From Gordius albopunctatus (Eukaryota): 64,000 nt of DNA. The notes beneath the pieces were generated by a model, which was not told where the DNA came from, made no database searches, and was given only the letters and a program-made list of their open reading frames with translations. The stretch is taken from NCBI GenBank assembly GCA_964276515.1, contig OZ193909.1, positions 2,728,001 to 2,792,000 on the forward strand, written 5' to 3'. Made by a program: the position numbers and the translations under genes. Shown in pieces: positions 1 through 13,400 of the stretch (within the stretch, counting starts at the first letter, position 1; every line of letters begins with the position of its first letter).

Positions 1-3000
1 GATGTTCGATGGTCTGGAAGGTGTAAGTCGTACATCATCAAACTGCTGTCTAAGGCGTTGGATGTAATCGGTGGCGTTTATGTCGTAATCCGACGGTTGT
101 AAAAAATCTCCTGGGAGTCGTAAAGAAGTACCGTATACCAACTCCGCGCTTGAACAGGCGAGGTCTTCCTTGACGGTGTTGCGAATCCCTAGGAGTACAA
201 GGGGAATAAGTTCGGACCAACGGGTATAGTCACCTTTTGTCATGATTGAACTTTTGAGCTGTCGGTGAAATCGCTCTACCATCCCATTGGCTTGTGGATG
301 GTAAGCTGTCGTAGAGATATGATGATACCCTAATAAAATAGATAATTGTTTAAAAAGGGCAGATTGGAATTGTGGTCCCCGGTCCGTGGTTAATGTCGCC
401 GGAACACCAAAGTTGGCTATCCAGTATGTCAAAAAGTGTGCGTGCAACGGTTTCGGCTGTTGCGTCAATAATGGGAATTGCAATCGGCCATCGGGTGAAA
501 CGATCAACGGCAGTAAAAATATAAATGTGGCCGTTAGAAGGTGATAAGGGTCCGACGAGATCTACATGTACGTGGTTAAACCTTGCGTCTGGTTCAGCGA
601 ACGTGCCTGGGGTGGATATTACGTGTCTATTTACCTTGCATTTTTGACACGCAATGCATTGCTTTGTCCAATTGCGTACATCTTTGTTCATTCCCTGCCA
701 GACGAAACGTTGGGCAATTAGTCTAAGTGTTGGGCGTAAGGCTGGGTGAGAAAGACCATGTAGTTGATTAAAAACTATGCGTCGGAGCGTCCTAGGTACT
801 AAAGGTCTCGAAGTCGATGCAGATGTATCGCACGTAATAGTTAAATTTGTACCTGGAATTACGCGTTGTTCCAGTTTAAGGCTTTCGAGCTCTTCTAGTT
901 GATATTGCTCTTGTTTTTGTGTCATAGCAATTCTTTCTGTGAGGGATGTGTTCGGTTGTTATATGGAGTTTGGTTGTTGCATGGAATCGATATCGATTCG
1001 GGACAAAGTGTCTGCTACTATATTCGCTTTACCTTTAAAAAACTGTATATCTGAAGTAAATTGGGAGATATAGTCTAATTGTCGTATTTCGCGCGGCGAG
1101 TATTTATCGGGTTTAGAAGTGAGAGCGTAAGTTAACGGTTTGTGATCAGTAAAAACTGTAAAATCGCGACCTTCTAAAATATGTCGGTACTGTTTAATTG
1201 AAAGATAAATTGCTAGCAGTTCTCTCCCGAATGTACTGTATCGAGTTTGTGTTTTGCTCAATTTCAGGGAGAAAAAGGATAAAGGACTAATTTCCCCTTT
1301 TACGGTCTGATGTAGTACGGCTCCAATGGCAGAGTTTGACGCGTCGGTTGTAATAGAGATGTTGGCACCATCCACTAAATGATTAAGGGTCAAAATTTCA
1401 TCGAGCATTATTTTAATCTTGTGGAATGCGTCGTGTGCGCTCTGCGTCATGTCCAAAGGTTCTTTTGCGTCGTTGAGGAGATCCGTCAGTGGTTGTAGAT
1501 GGTGTGCACAGTTGGGTATAAAACGCCTGTAAAAATTTACAATTCCCAAGAAACGACGTAGTTGTGTCATAGTGGTCGGGGTGGCAAAATTCTTGATGGC
1601 TGAGATCTTCTCCGGTATTGGCGTTAAACCTTGTGGGGAAACTTGATGTCCTAGGAAATCCAGAGAAGAACGTCCCCATTGGCACTTGTCCAGGTTGATC
1701 TTTATATCAAAATCTCTTAATCGTGTAAAAACTTGACGTAAGTGGTCTAAATGTTCACTAGTTGATGTACTTGTGATCAAAATATCGTCCAAATATGTGA
1801 AGGCGAAATTGAGACCACGGAGAGCTTGATTAATGAAGTGTTGGAATGTTTGAGCAGCATTTCGTAAACCGAAAGACGTTCGCAAAAATTCATAAAGACC
1901 GAAAGGTGTGGTTATTGCAGTCTTTGCGATGTCCTCCAAGGCTACGGGTATTTGATGGTAAGCTCTGACTAGATCTATTTTTGTATAGATGGTTGTGCCG
2001 GCTAGGTTGAGTGAGAAATCGTGCAGGTATGGCAAGGGGTAACGATCCGGTATCGTTATAACGTTAAGGGCTCGGTAATCTCCACATGGTCGCCAATCTC
2101 CAGGAGTTTTTTTCGGAACCATGTGCAATGGAGAACTCCAGGAGCTTTCTGAAAGTTGAATTATGCCGAGTTCGAGCATATGAGTAAACTCCTGTTTGGC
2201 AATTTTTAGCTTGACAGGGTATAAGCGTCTAGGTCTGACATAAACGGGGGGTCCTAGTGTACGTATGTGGTGGACTACTTGGTGGCTTACGCGTGACCTG
2301 TAATTTGGAGGGGCATAAATCTCGGGGAACTCTTTTAAAACATTTTTAAAATACGGTGAATCGATCTTTATTGTGAGTTGTAAATTGTACAAGCTCGAAT
2401 CAATATATCGCCCATAAGACTTTAAAGTAGTCTTAGGGTCTAATAAACATTTTCGGCGTATATCAACGAGGAGGTTATAATGAGTTAAAAAATCAGCCCC
2501 GATGATCGGTGTCTTAATGTCGGCGATGGTAAAAACCCATTGAAAACTTCTCCGTATGCTAAGGTCCAGTTCCATTGATTTCTGGCCATAGTTCAGTATG
2601 GAACTATTGTTTGCAGCTTGGAGGCGGATGTGTGAGGGGGTGAGATGGTGGTTACGTGGCGGTAGTATGACACTTAGTTCCGCGCCAGTGTCTATTAAAG
2701 AACTAAATTTCGTTAATTTATCAAAAATAAAAAATAAACGACTGATGGCCTATGGGTTTGACGAGGAAATCGGGATATAATTGCAAGGTTGTCGGCATTT
2801 CGTGGCCTTTTCCTTATATCTTTGGTGATACCAACACCAATCCTGGGGAACGTCTGCGTGGGGTTGAAACGGGGATCGAAATCGCCTTGATGTAGACCTA
2901 CTTCTCGACCGAAAACGATTTTTTTGACTGACCTCTTGCCGTAATGTCTCGATGCTCACGCTCAGTCTATTGACCATGTCCATGAGCGTCTCAATATCGT

Positions 3001-3700
3001 TGCGGGATCTCTGTGTGGCAGGGGCGACGTTGGATATTTGCGGCGTATGGTACGTTTCCGCGATTTTATGAGCTGTTTCAGCTAGCTTGACTAATGTCTG
3101 GTCACTTGCACAGATCACCAAGATGCTGGCCATGTTGTTTTCCAGTTTTTCCAACCACAGTTGTTTTAAAATGATGTCGTCCATTTTGGCGGTACCCAGG
3201 AGGCTTTTCATGTGTCTATAGAGTTGTGAGGGTGTACGATCGCCCAATTCCACGTTGGACAGTAGGTCGTGGAATCGTGCTGAGTCCGATTTTGTTGTGC
3301 GGTCAATGATAGCTGACCGGATGGTAGTGTACGGGGACTCAGCGGGTAGATTCTCCAAGTAATCTTGTATCTCTATTGTGACTTCTTGTGGGAGGCATTC
3401 AATCACGTATCCAAGTTTGCTAGAGTCAGATGTTATTCGTCGAATCGTGAAAAGGGCCTCTTGGAAGAAAAGTAAGTGAGTAAAAAGAGTTTTAAACTCC
3501 TTTTATATACTCGGGAATTAATTGAATAAATCAATCAAGTTTAGTGGTGCCTCCGCGAGGTATAAATAAATCAATTACGCGAGTTATAAATACATCAATT
3601 ACATTTAGTGGTGTCTGCGCGAGGTATGCTTGATTGGTCAATTAACGTCGCGAAGTAGTAAGGTAATGTAAATGAGACAATTAAGTCAATGGACGCAACA
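1..3700 (-). mobile_element. Ty3/gypsy LTR retrotransposon, CsRn1/Kabuki/Boudicca clade, degraded (gag-PR-RT-RH-IN), running off the window start
   Basis: Gag 2750-3406 has the CsRn1-type C-X2-H-X9-C-X3-C knuckle (CWYHQRYKEKATKCRQPC). Protease LIDTGA lies at ~2680-2700. RT/RH ORF 959-2575 has YLDD and TDAS..FTDHKPL. Integrase 350-925 has H..H..CIAC and HVDLVGPL. In-frame stops at 2750 and 959; frameshift near 425. Confidence 0.95.
3462..3700 (-). repeat. Probable partial 5' LTR (U3/TATA) of the CsRn1-type element, fused to gag by an internal deletion
   Basis: On the minus strand it begins TGTTGCG at ~3700, has a duplicated TTTAGTGGTG..CGCGAGGTAT motif and TATATAAAAG at ~3500-3510, then abuts gag coding sequence at ~3460 with no PBS. 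Confidence 0.5.
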
Positions 3701-4167
3701 CATTTAATAATATGTTTAGAGGAAAATTAAAAGCTATATTTTCTTAAGGCGCTTTGTATCATTGATAGCGCTAGTCTTAAAAAATTTAAGATTTAGTTTC
3801 TTAAATTTTAATTTGTAACCAAATCCCTTATTTATTTTAAAATTATTTGATGTCTGTCTACATTCATTATGCGTCAAGCTCGAACTCTCTCCACTTTTTA
3901 TAAGTAGGACATTTAGTAGCATTTTCCGTTAAACTTCAAAGACTAGATGAGAAAAATACTAAATTTTGTGGATTAATATTTAATTAGGATTTAAAAGGTA
4001 TGTAGCACTTACATATACCTGTTTAAGTACTATAAAACCAATAATTGTGGAACTTTTCAGTATAAACAAATTATATTATATCTGTAATAAATCTATTTAT
4101 ACCAATCCATTTACGTTATTAGGAAATACTCCAGGGCGGGACAGCACGGACCTGATGGTCCCTCAAT

Positions 4168-4361
4168 TTGAAAGAATGAGGTGTAAGGATCTGTAACCTT
4201 TTCATGTGGGGATTAGTATTATAACTACCATTTGTATTATATAAAAGGTGGATTATCGATGTTGTAACGTATTGAAGATATTATATATATTTGTATCAGC
4301 TGTTTTTGTATTTTCGATCTTGTGAATAAATCATTTTATTTGGTGTACAGTTTTAGTTAAC
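4168..4361 (+). repeat. Possible polypurine tract plus 3' LTR remnant
   Basis: Purine-rich GAAAGAATGAGG directly followed by TGTAAG, then TATATAAAAG and AATAAA. The CA end point is uncertain. Confidence 0.35.
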
Positions 4362-4761
4362 ATATTTAGGATATTAACTAAACAGTAATATATACAATTA
4401 TTTAGTCATTTTTAAAGAATAAGTTTCATATATAATAGATGTAAATGCTTAGATTTTCTGAAGCATCTAGGTTGGTTGAAAAATAGTTTTTGGGCAGTTT
4501 AATTCCTTATTAACTTGAGTAGGGTAAAGGTTGTAGTAATCCTTATGATGGTAACGTTTAAGATATCGTTGAAGACATGAAGCATTGCTATCAGTCATTT
4601 TTACTGCTTTAAAGCACAATTCCTCATTTTATTTGATTCATCCCTGGATACTGTGAAACCTTTGGGCAGCTTGCTCTTTTTTGAGTTGGAAGATGAACTT
4701 GTTGCGCGTAAACTCATTATAGGTCTAAAATTTTTATATTATATAATTATGCTATACAAAT

Positions 4762-5712
4762 AAGTGGGCTCTAGATGTCTGGTCTGCCAACGTCAACCCA
4801 GGGACCCCCTTTCCCATTACCTCAAGACAAAAGGATTGGGATGCTGGCCTCGTATCGCGCTCTGTTGATTACCTCTTATCGAGTTGCGACGCCCGCCAGC
4901 ACTTCAACCTTAAATCTTTGGTTTTTGACGGATCGGGTCACGAGTGGCTAGAAGCTTATCCTAGTTCACTTTCTGGACTGATGTTGGAGGACCCAGAGCT
5001 TGCATACTCCATCACCCTCAGACTAGGAATTCCCTATTTAAAGGAATATTCCTGTCGCAACTGCTCCCAGAACGTAGACATTTATGCGAGGCACCCCCTA
5101 CACTGCATTTACATTAAAATTAAATACACAAGGCACGAAAAGGTGAATAACCTCATCCAAGCCGCTTTTAAAAAAGCCAACATTCCCTCCGTTTTAGAGC
5201 CGTCAGACCCTTCGTTGGAGGGAAGGATGCGACCAGACGGCTCTACCCTTATCCCTTGGCAAAATGGTCTACCCCTTAAATGGGATTTCACCTGCATAGA
5301 CATTTTCGCCCCCTCTAACCAAAACTACAACACTCTCACCCTCGCCGAACACCGCAAAACGGTAAAATACAAAGCCCTCCTACCATCTAATATCTTTACC
5401 CCTATCGTTGCCTCGTGTTCTGGGACTTTTGGTCTGGCCGCCATTAAGCTTTTTAAAGAAATCAGCCGTCGCTGCCCGCCTTCTAAATTTTCCACAAATT
5501 TTTTACTTAAACAAAAAATTGGTATTTTTATAGCAAAGTACAATTTTAAATCCCTGGCCGACAGTTGGTCACTTTTACAAGATGACACATGCGACATTTT
5601 TGAATCATAATATTTTTATTTAGTTTTACACCCGCTTTTATATTCCTCGAATGTTGACACTTAGTTTTTATAATGTTCTTACGTTCAAATAAACAACATA
5701 TAAATAAAAAAA
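4762..5712 (+). mobile_element. CRE-clade non-LTR retrotransposon, 5'-truncated 3' fragment (zinc knuckle + restriction-like endonuclease)
   Basis: ORF 4918-5610 has CRNC..HPLHC, RH and RPDGSTLIPWQNG..WDFTCID. It is followed by an AT-rich 3' UTR and an A-tail at ~5705-5713. Paralogous to 58548-60023. Confidence 0.85.
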
Positions 5713-5715
5713 ATA

Positions 5716-5822
5716 TCGTATCCTCTCGTCTCGAGGTAAAAATTCTTGTCTGGATCTCGACTTAATTTTTCAAATTCTCGTCTCGTCTCTGTGAGATTTT
5801 TCTCGGTTTTTCCGCATCTCTA
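5716..5822. mobile_element. hAT-like terminal fragment with TCTCG subterminal repeats
   Basis: Several TCTCG repeats ending in GCATCTCTA, resembling the TAGAGAT.. hAT terminus at 10403. Confidence 0.45.
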
Positions 5823-6780
5823 ATTAGTGGTTTATGATCCGTCATAATAGTAACGCTTCGTCCTCGTATATATTCATTAAACATTTTAGACCATCGCCAG
5901 CGCCTCCTGTTCAATTGTCAAATATTAGCTTTCACTATCGTTTAACGCTCTTGAAGCATAGGCCACCACTCTCCAATTCTCCCCTGGTGCTCATTGTTGT
6001 TAGATAGTCCCTAAACCCGTGTTCGAGTCTACGACCAGGCCTGTGTCAAAATCTCCATTAAAGTATGCTAGCACGGAGGCCTTCGTAAGCGCGGACTTTA
6101 TAACGTCAAATGCTACTTGTTGTTCCATCACGATTTTATTTCATTTTTGTATATTTTATTCGTGACTATTTCGGTTTTATTACTGTTGATTTGAATCCCC
6201 TTGTTAATAATTAAGTATTCCAAAAAATGATACTTCCTTAGCACACAAGTTGCTCTTGATTATGTTTGGCATGAACCCCCACTTTTGAAACGTTTCAAGT
6301 ACCTTAAGTAGCCGCTTGTTGTGGACTTCTTCAGTTTCCCCTGCTATTAGTATATCGTAGATGTATACCGCTACTCCCTCCATGCCTCCTAACATTTGAT
6401 CCATTGTTTTTTGGAAATAGCCGCGGCAGAATTTAAGCTAAAAGGCATACGGTTAACTTTAAATAAGCCTTTGTGTGTGGAGATCGTCAATTGTTGGCTA
6501 GTTTCTGGACCTAACCCTAGCTGTAAATATGTTTTAGTTAGGTCCTGTTGAGAGAAACAACATGCGTTATCAAGTTTATTTAACAAATGATCGATTTTTG
6601 GATAGGGTCACAATATACCTTGTGCGTATTTATATCATAAACCGGTAATCAATTCATAACCGTAGACTCCCATCGCTTTTATTTACGGGTACCAATGGAC
6701 TGGCCCATATTGCGAAATCGATAGGTTCTATTACCCCGTCTCTGACCCATTTGTTCAGTTCTTCTTCCACCTTCATTCCT
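5823..6780 (-). pseudogene. Degraded Ty3/gypsy (Mag-like) RT-RNaseH fragment
   Basis: ORF pieces read DLTKTYLQL..ISTHKGLFKVNRMPF and VAVYIYDILIAG; RNaseH remnants lie towards 5830; many stops and frameshifts. Confidence 0.8.
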
Positions 6781-6789
6781 GAAATAGTT

Positions 6790-7310
6790 AGCTCACTCTT
6801 ATGTTTGTCACAATATCGGGAAAAGAGTCTTTATCATTTCCAATCTTCATAAGTTCCTTGAAAGATCATTTCCACCTTTCCGTTTATTCCTTAGGCTTGA
6901 ATAAGGTCTGAACCTTCCCGTTTTTGACTATTTTAAGGAAATACTTTTCTGTCAAAATCCATAACAAGGGGACGATGTTGCCTGGCAATTTTTTTCCTCG
7001 GTATAACTTTGCAATCGTTGATACTCCATAAGGCCTTTCGCCGTATATGCAGATAGTCAATCAAACTAAAATGCTTCCCACTTCTATAAGTTTTAAAAAT
7101 AAGTGTTAAAAATCGCCATCGTATGCTTGGGATACTTGAAAAAGTTTTTTCCCCTTCCTTGTTCGACAGTCCATGCCTATAGCTTCCATGAATTCGTTCA
7201 CACTCAAGGCGATCTAACTGGGCGTTGAAATCGTTTACAATAATTAGCCTGTCTTCTTGTCCTAATTATATTTATTTTTACAATGAATCTAAGAATATGT
7301 CTCTTTCTCT
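6790..7310 (-). pseudogene. Degraded RTE LINE endonuclease fragment
   Basis: Nucleotide similarity to the minus strand of ~55250-55700 (CKVIP..IARQH.PLVMD region). Confidence 0.7.
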
Positions 7311-7314
7311 GATT

Positions 7315-7592
7315 CAGGCGCGTAGCCAAGGGGGCAGAAAGCGGGAATTTTCTGCCCCCTTTACCAAAATTTAAAAATTTTTTTGAAGGTCCATGTCCTT
7401 TTTTAAGGTATAAAATCGATATTAAATGCTCTGATTAATGAAGAGAGGAGATTTTTCCAAAGCTGGTTATATAGCGCCTTGAAGTTTCGCATATATTGTA
7501 AGCGAAGTTTACTTTTGTTACATTATAAATTAAAGTGTCGAAAATTTGTTGAATTTTTCTTCCCCCTTGAGAAAATCCTGGCTACACGCCTG
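7315..7592. mobile_element. hAT MITE (Tip100/Zaphod-like TIR)
   Basis: TIR CAGGCGCGTAGCCA / TGGCTACACGCCTG; perfect 8-bp TSD CTCTGATT at 7307-7314 and 7593-7600. Confidence 0.9.
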
Positions 7593-7986
7593 CTCTGATT
7601 CGTGATTAGGGACTTAAAATTGTAGTAATTATGCCAAAGTGCCGAGATAGATGGCAATATTAATTACATTTGTACCAAGTTTTCATGCCCAAAGTTACAA
7701 AAACAAAAGCCGCATTTTGTAAAATACTATTTCAAACTCCAGACTCAGGTAAAATTAATCTAGCGATTTTAAAACTATTTGATAGAAAATAAATTTTTAT
7801 CCCAGGATAATAAAGAAGCTTTGTTAAAAGGTAGTTGTTATTGTTTATTTAATATATTTAATAAGAATCAACCCTAGAAAATATCAAAAAGTTAAACATT
7901 ATAATTAATTCTTTTAAACAAGATGACTGGAAATATAAGTCTTCAATCTAAATTATTACCCTAAAATCTCAAGGATAATTTAAATT

Positions 7987-9976
7987 ATGGGCAAAAAAGA
8001 AATACTTAAATATGAAGGGAGTAGTTTTTTTCGTCAGAGGTTAATCTTAGCTGCCTTAACAGGACAACCAATAAAAATTCGAAATATATGTGCTAAAGAT
8101 TTAAATCCTGGCCTAAAAGAATACCACATATCTTTTATTCGTATACTTGATGAAATATCCAATGGATCTACCATAGAATTCAATGCAACCGGTAATTCTT
8201 AGATTAGTCTCTTCTATTTATGTTTTTAGGTACAGAATTGTTTTATAACCCTGGCCTCTTAATTGGTGGTGCTTTTGAACACCAATGTAATGAACAACAA
8301 CCTATTGGATATTACTTAGAAGGCTTAATATGCCTTTCTCTTTTTGTTAAAAATCCAATTAAAGTAAAACTAAAAGGCATCACAAATGACAATATTTTTC
8401 CCTCTGTAAGTTCAAAATCTCTTTTATATGTTTTTTTTATAAATATAGGATAAATTACTTTGATATCTTAATAGGTTGATGCACTCAAATACTCTACATT
8501 GCCATTAGTCAAAAAATTTTTGCCTTCCACGTTTAACAATGATGCAATTGAGTTTGATATAAAGATTATTAAAAGAGCTCTTCCACCAGGTGTGGGGGGT
8601 GAAGTTATTTTTAGTAGTCCTGTGTGTCTCAAACTGAATGCTATTAACTTTGTGACACCAGGAAAGGTTATAAAAATTCGTGGAATAGCCTACACATTAA
8701 AAGTATCACCAGCTATATCAAATCGTATTATTGATAGTGCTAGAGATATTCTTTCCAAGATAGCCAAAAATACCTACATTCGAGTTGACAATTACAAAAG
8801 TATGTTTACAAACATTTTCTTCCAGCTTTTTTTATACTATAAAAAATTTTATTTATAGAATCTCAATGTGGTAAAACTCCAGGGTTTGGTGTTTGCCTAT
8901 ATGCTGAAACAGAATATGGGACATTTTATTGTGCTGAAGCTTGTTCTAATCCTCCAGACAGCCCCATTATGGTTACCCCAGAAGAAGTTGGTCAAAAGGC
9001 AGCATATATGCTTTTGGATGAGATTTATTTGGTAAATTATGTGTTTTTGAAAATTCCTTTATTCAAAAAGCTTGTACAGTTTAATAACTAGTCTGTTTTT
9101 TACACTTAATTATATCATGTGTCACCTTTGTTAGATGTAATCAACAATGCCTTTAGATCTTGTAATCAATTTATAATAAGCCACATCTAAAAATATTTTT
9201 TAAAATGATACTTACTATTTTGATTTGTCAAAAGTGTTATTATTTTAAGAGGACAATTTTTTATAACAATAAGCCTAAATTTTTAAGTTAAAATTAAATT
9301 TGAATCTCAATGGGATGTCCTTTTAATTAATTTCTGCCTGTTTTATGTTAAAACTCATTAATTGTTTTTAATTGCATTTTTAGCTTAAACTTTTATTGCA
9401 ATACGAGAAACCTTATAAAATATATTTGAGAACCAAAATGTTTTATTATGGTTTGCAAGGGGGTGTGAATTGATTGTGTTGCTACTACATTTTTTTCACC
9501 TCAGTTGGTAACATGAATAATCATGTCCTAGAAGTTTAACTCATAGTATTTAACTTATATGTAGTATATTTATAAATATCTACACCTATTAACTTTCTAT
9601 TTTATGATATTTTGAACATGCAAACAAATAATTAAATAATTTCTATTATTTGAATGCATTAAAACAATAGTATTATATTTATATCTAGGGTGGCTGCATG
9701 ACATCCTTTAATCAAAGCATAGCTTTCCTCTTCATGGCCTTGGGACAAGCGAATGTCTCCAAAATTCAAACTGGAAGGTTCACCCCCTTTTCGCTACAAT
9801 TCATTAAAGACGTAAAAACCATGCTGAAAGTGACTTATAAAATAGACAGGGATAAGGCAGAAATTTTAAAAGATGAAGATAATGCTCTTCACAGTGCACA
9901 ATTGCCTGAGCCCACCCGTTATGTAGTTACTTGTTTGGGTTCTGGTTATGGAAACATAAATAAAACTGTTAGATGA
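7987..9976 (+). CDS. RCL1: RNA 3'-terminal phosphate cyclase-like protein (18S rRNA processing), 5 exons, ~388 aa
   Basis: Exons 7987-8191, 8230-8405, 8475-8799, 8859-9031 and 9689-9976 are joined in frame by GT-AG introns (38, 69, 59, 657 nt). Motifs: FRQRLILAALTG, TGTELFYNPGLL, PPGVGGEV, GKTPGFG, LLDEIYLGGC, CLGSGYGNINK. Confidence 0.93.
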
Positions 9977-10402
9977 TATTTGCTGTTATTTTTGTTTTCT
10001 TCCAACTTATAAATTGATTTATTGTAAATGTGTATAATACAAAATTATATATATTATAATTTAAAAGCTTCATTAACATAATGCCTTATTAGTGAGGGAT
10101 TAGGCCTAATAAGCATAAAATCACATTTAATTAATTCTTCTTTATCAAGTATTTGTCCCACAGTTGTGGAATTTGTTTTGATGAGTTTCTGCCATATTGA
10201 TCGGGTAAGTGACTTCTCTTGATTAATCTTCTTAGATTTCATAACTTTGTCAACTTGCCCTTTCCACGTTACCCGAAGTCGTCCTCTTCCCCGATACCTC
10301 CGTGTCCACTACTTTTTGATGTACGTCATTTGTGTCCCTTCTTAGTATATGCCCATACGACCTTAGCTGATTTTCGTTTATCATGTCCTCCATAGGTTGA
10401 AT

Positions 10403-13400
10403 TAGAGATCTGCACGGGCCGGGCCGGCCCGCGGACGGGTACGGACGGGCTTGTATCATAAAAATTTTAACGGGCCGGGCACGGACGGGCCTAAAAATTA
10501 ATGGAACGGGCTCGGGCGGGCTTGAGATTTTTTTAACGGGCTTGAACGGGCCTGAAGTTTTATAAGTGGGCTTAAACGAACCAGAGATTATATAAAAGGT
10601 CTTGGAGTTACAAAGGTGCTTAAACATAAAACAATTAGAAAAAACAAAAAGCGAGCCAATAAATTGCATATCAATTAATATATTATTTTTATTAAATATT
10701 TAGGATTAATTTTTTAACTTCTAAATTTTGTATATCATGTAGCATTCATTCATTTTTCAAGCGCTAAATTTGACTTTAAACATTTTTGATTTGCTATTGA
10801 TTTTTAAGTCTATAACTTCATTCTTTTATAAGTAAGTTCAATTACACTTTTGTGATTAATTTTATCACAAATTACTATAATTATTATTAGTGCCATATAA
10901 TATATAACTTTAATTACAAACTTAAATGTAAGTTTTTGTTATAATTAAATTAAGTTTAATTCTTTGCCTTAAAATTCTACTGCTTAAATATTTCACACAT
11001 TTTTCTTGTTATATTATTTTAAATTTTTCTACATTAATTTTACAATATTAACTATATTTAGCTTGGTTGAAAAGGGTATTTATTTCTAGATGTTTTTATT
11101 AAATATTTGGCTTTATATCACTTTGCTTTACTAATCCCTTTAATAATTGTATTTTTTTGTTTTGAAACTAACAATTTAATATTAAAAGGCTTAATCTATA
11201 ATAAATATATGCAATATAATAAATGTTAATTTGCTTTATTGATACATCCTTAATTTTTTTTATTAAATTTGATTATAGTGTCAAATAATTTGTCCACAAT
11301 CATATCTAATTATGAAAAAGGTGTATATAAAATAAATTTAAATCACAAGCTTAAAAGTAAAGTTTGGGAACAATTTGATCCCTTAATGGATGTTAATGGT
11401 GAATCAATTAGTGCCTGCATATGCAAAAATTGCAAAAAAATGCTTTCATATAAATCAACAAGTGGTACATCACATTTAAAACGCCACAAATGTACAACCC
11501 AAAAACAAAATAGCCTAACACTAGATCATTATATGAATAAAATAAACCCCTTAAAAAAAGAAAAAATTAAAAAATCAATCATAAATCAGGCTATAAAATT
11601 TTGCTCAAAAGATATACGGCCATTTGAAACTTTATCAGGAGAAGGTTTTGTTGGGTTTTCCCAGTTTTTAGCAGATAGTTTGTCGACTAAGGGGCTTATA
11701 AATGTGCGAGAAATCATGCCTCATCCATCAACTATAAGTCGCCATGTGAAAGATGAGGCTGAAAGACTTCGACTTTTTATAATTCCAGATATAAAACATT
11801 ACATTCAGAAAGGGCTTTGCGCGGCCACAACGGACATGTGGACATCTGATTATACAAAAATCAGTTTTCTCACATTAAGTATTCATTATATAAATGTTAG
11901 CCTGAGGAAAAAAATATTATTTACAACTCCTTTTAAGCATGAAAAAAAATCAGGGGAAAATATTAGAAATGAACTATTAAACAAATTAATGACTTTTGGC
12001 ATCACCAATGAAGAAGCCCTTAAATTAATATTTGTCACTGATCAGGGTGCTAACATTGTCAATGCATTAGCAAATTATAGAAGATTAAATTGTGCAGCCC
12101 ACCTTATAAATAATATAATAAAAATGGCCTTTAATGATTCTTTCTTAAATCAAGAAGCCACGGTTATTTATAAACTCATGAATGCCTCTAAAGAATTAGT
12201 CAGGCATTTCAAACAAAGTGGACTCAATAGCAAGCTGTCCCATACCTTGCATCAAGATGTAATTGTAAGATGGAACTCAAAATTTACCCTTTTGAATTCT
12301 ATTTATAAGGTCTATGACGAAGTTGAAGCTATCTTGGAACAACGAAATGAAATTTCATATCTGGAATATATAGATAAAATGCTGTTGAAATCTTTAATAG
12401 ACGTCTTGCAGCCGTTTAAAGAGGCTTCTCTTCAGTTGGAGGCTGATCTAGAACCAACCCTACCATATGTCTTCTTATGGAAAATTAAATTAATTAATGC
12501 GATGTCCGATTACGATTTATACGGCGGACAAGTCAACATAATAAAGAACCGTTTAAAAGAAGCTATTAAAGAAAAATTGGTAGTTCATCGGTATCACAAA
12601 ATAGCCTCGGTCTTGCATCCAAAGTTTAGACAAATGAAGATGATACCTGAAGCAGAAAAACTAGACATATATCAAGATATAAGAAATATTATAGAGCAAG
12701 AAGGGTTTGTCTATATAAGAAAATCTTCTGTTTTACTCGGCTCAAAGACATCTCTCGCAAGTACTTAGAATTTTTTATTTATATATATATAAGGTAAGAG
12801 ACCGAAAACAATTTTTTCTGAATGGGAAGATGATGATCATAATCCTGTGGCGGATGAGTTTAGTCAATATTTAAATGAAACTATTGAGTTTGAGACAGAT
12901 TTCGATCTGTTAAAATGGTGGAAAGCCAAAGAGGACAAGTATTATATTTAAAATTAATTTTATCCTTTAATAGATATCCTAAATTAGCACATTTAGCACA
13001 TATGATGATATTATGTATACCGGCTACGAGTGCCACCAGCGAGCGAAATTTTTCTACTGCAGGAAGGATTGTAGAAGAAAGGCGAACTCGCCTAAAACCA
13101 GAAATTATTGATGATTTATTATTTTTACATGATAATTATTGATGTCTTTCTATGAATATGTCAAAAAATTAAATAAAATTTTGTGAAATTTTTGATGAAT
13201 TGGGACGGACGCGGAGTTCGTTTAAAAAAATTTTTAACGGGCTTGGACGGGCCTGAAAAATTTACGGACGGGCTCGGACGGGCCTAAAAAATTTACGGAC
13301 GGGCTCGGACGGGCCTGAAGTGTTGAAAAAAAATTACGGGCGGGCCCGGACGGGCCTTGAAATTTTAAAAACGGGTACGGGCGGGCCGACCTTCTAAAAA

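Noticed and set aside
4762..5822. Sequence-specific target (spliced-leader, rDNA or microsatellite) for the CRE-like family
   Set aside because: The 3' flanks of the five tailed copies share nothing beyond AT-richness; no SL RNA or rRNA sequence was recognised.
10250..10669. 139-aa ORF (also 27103-27297 and 33268-33471)
   Set aside because: Chance read-through across GC-rich transposon termini and RTE fragments.
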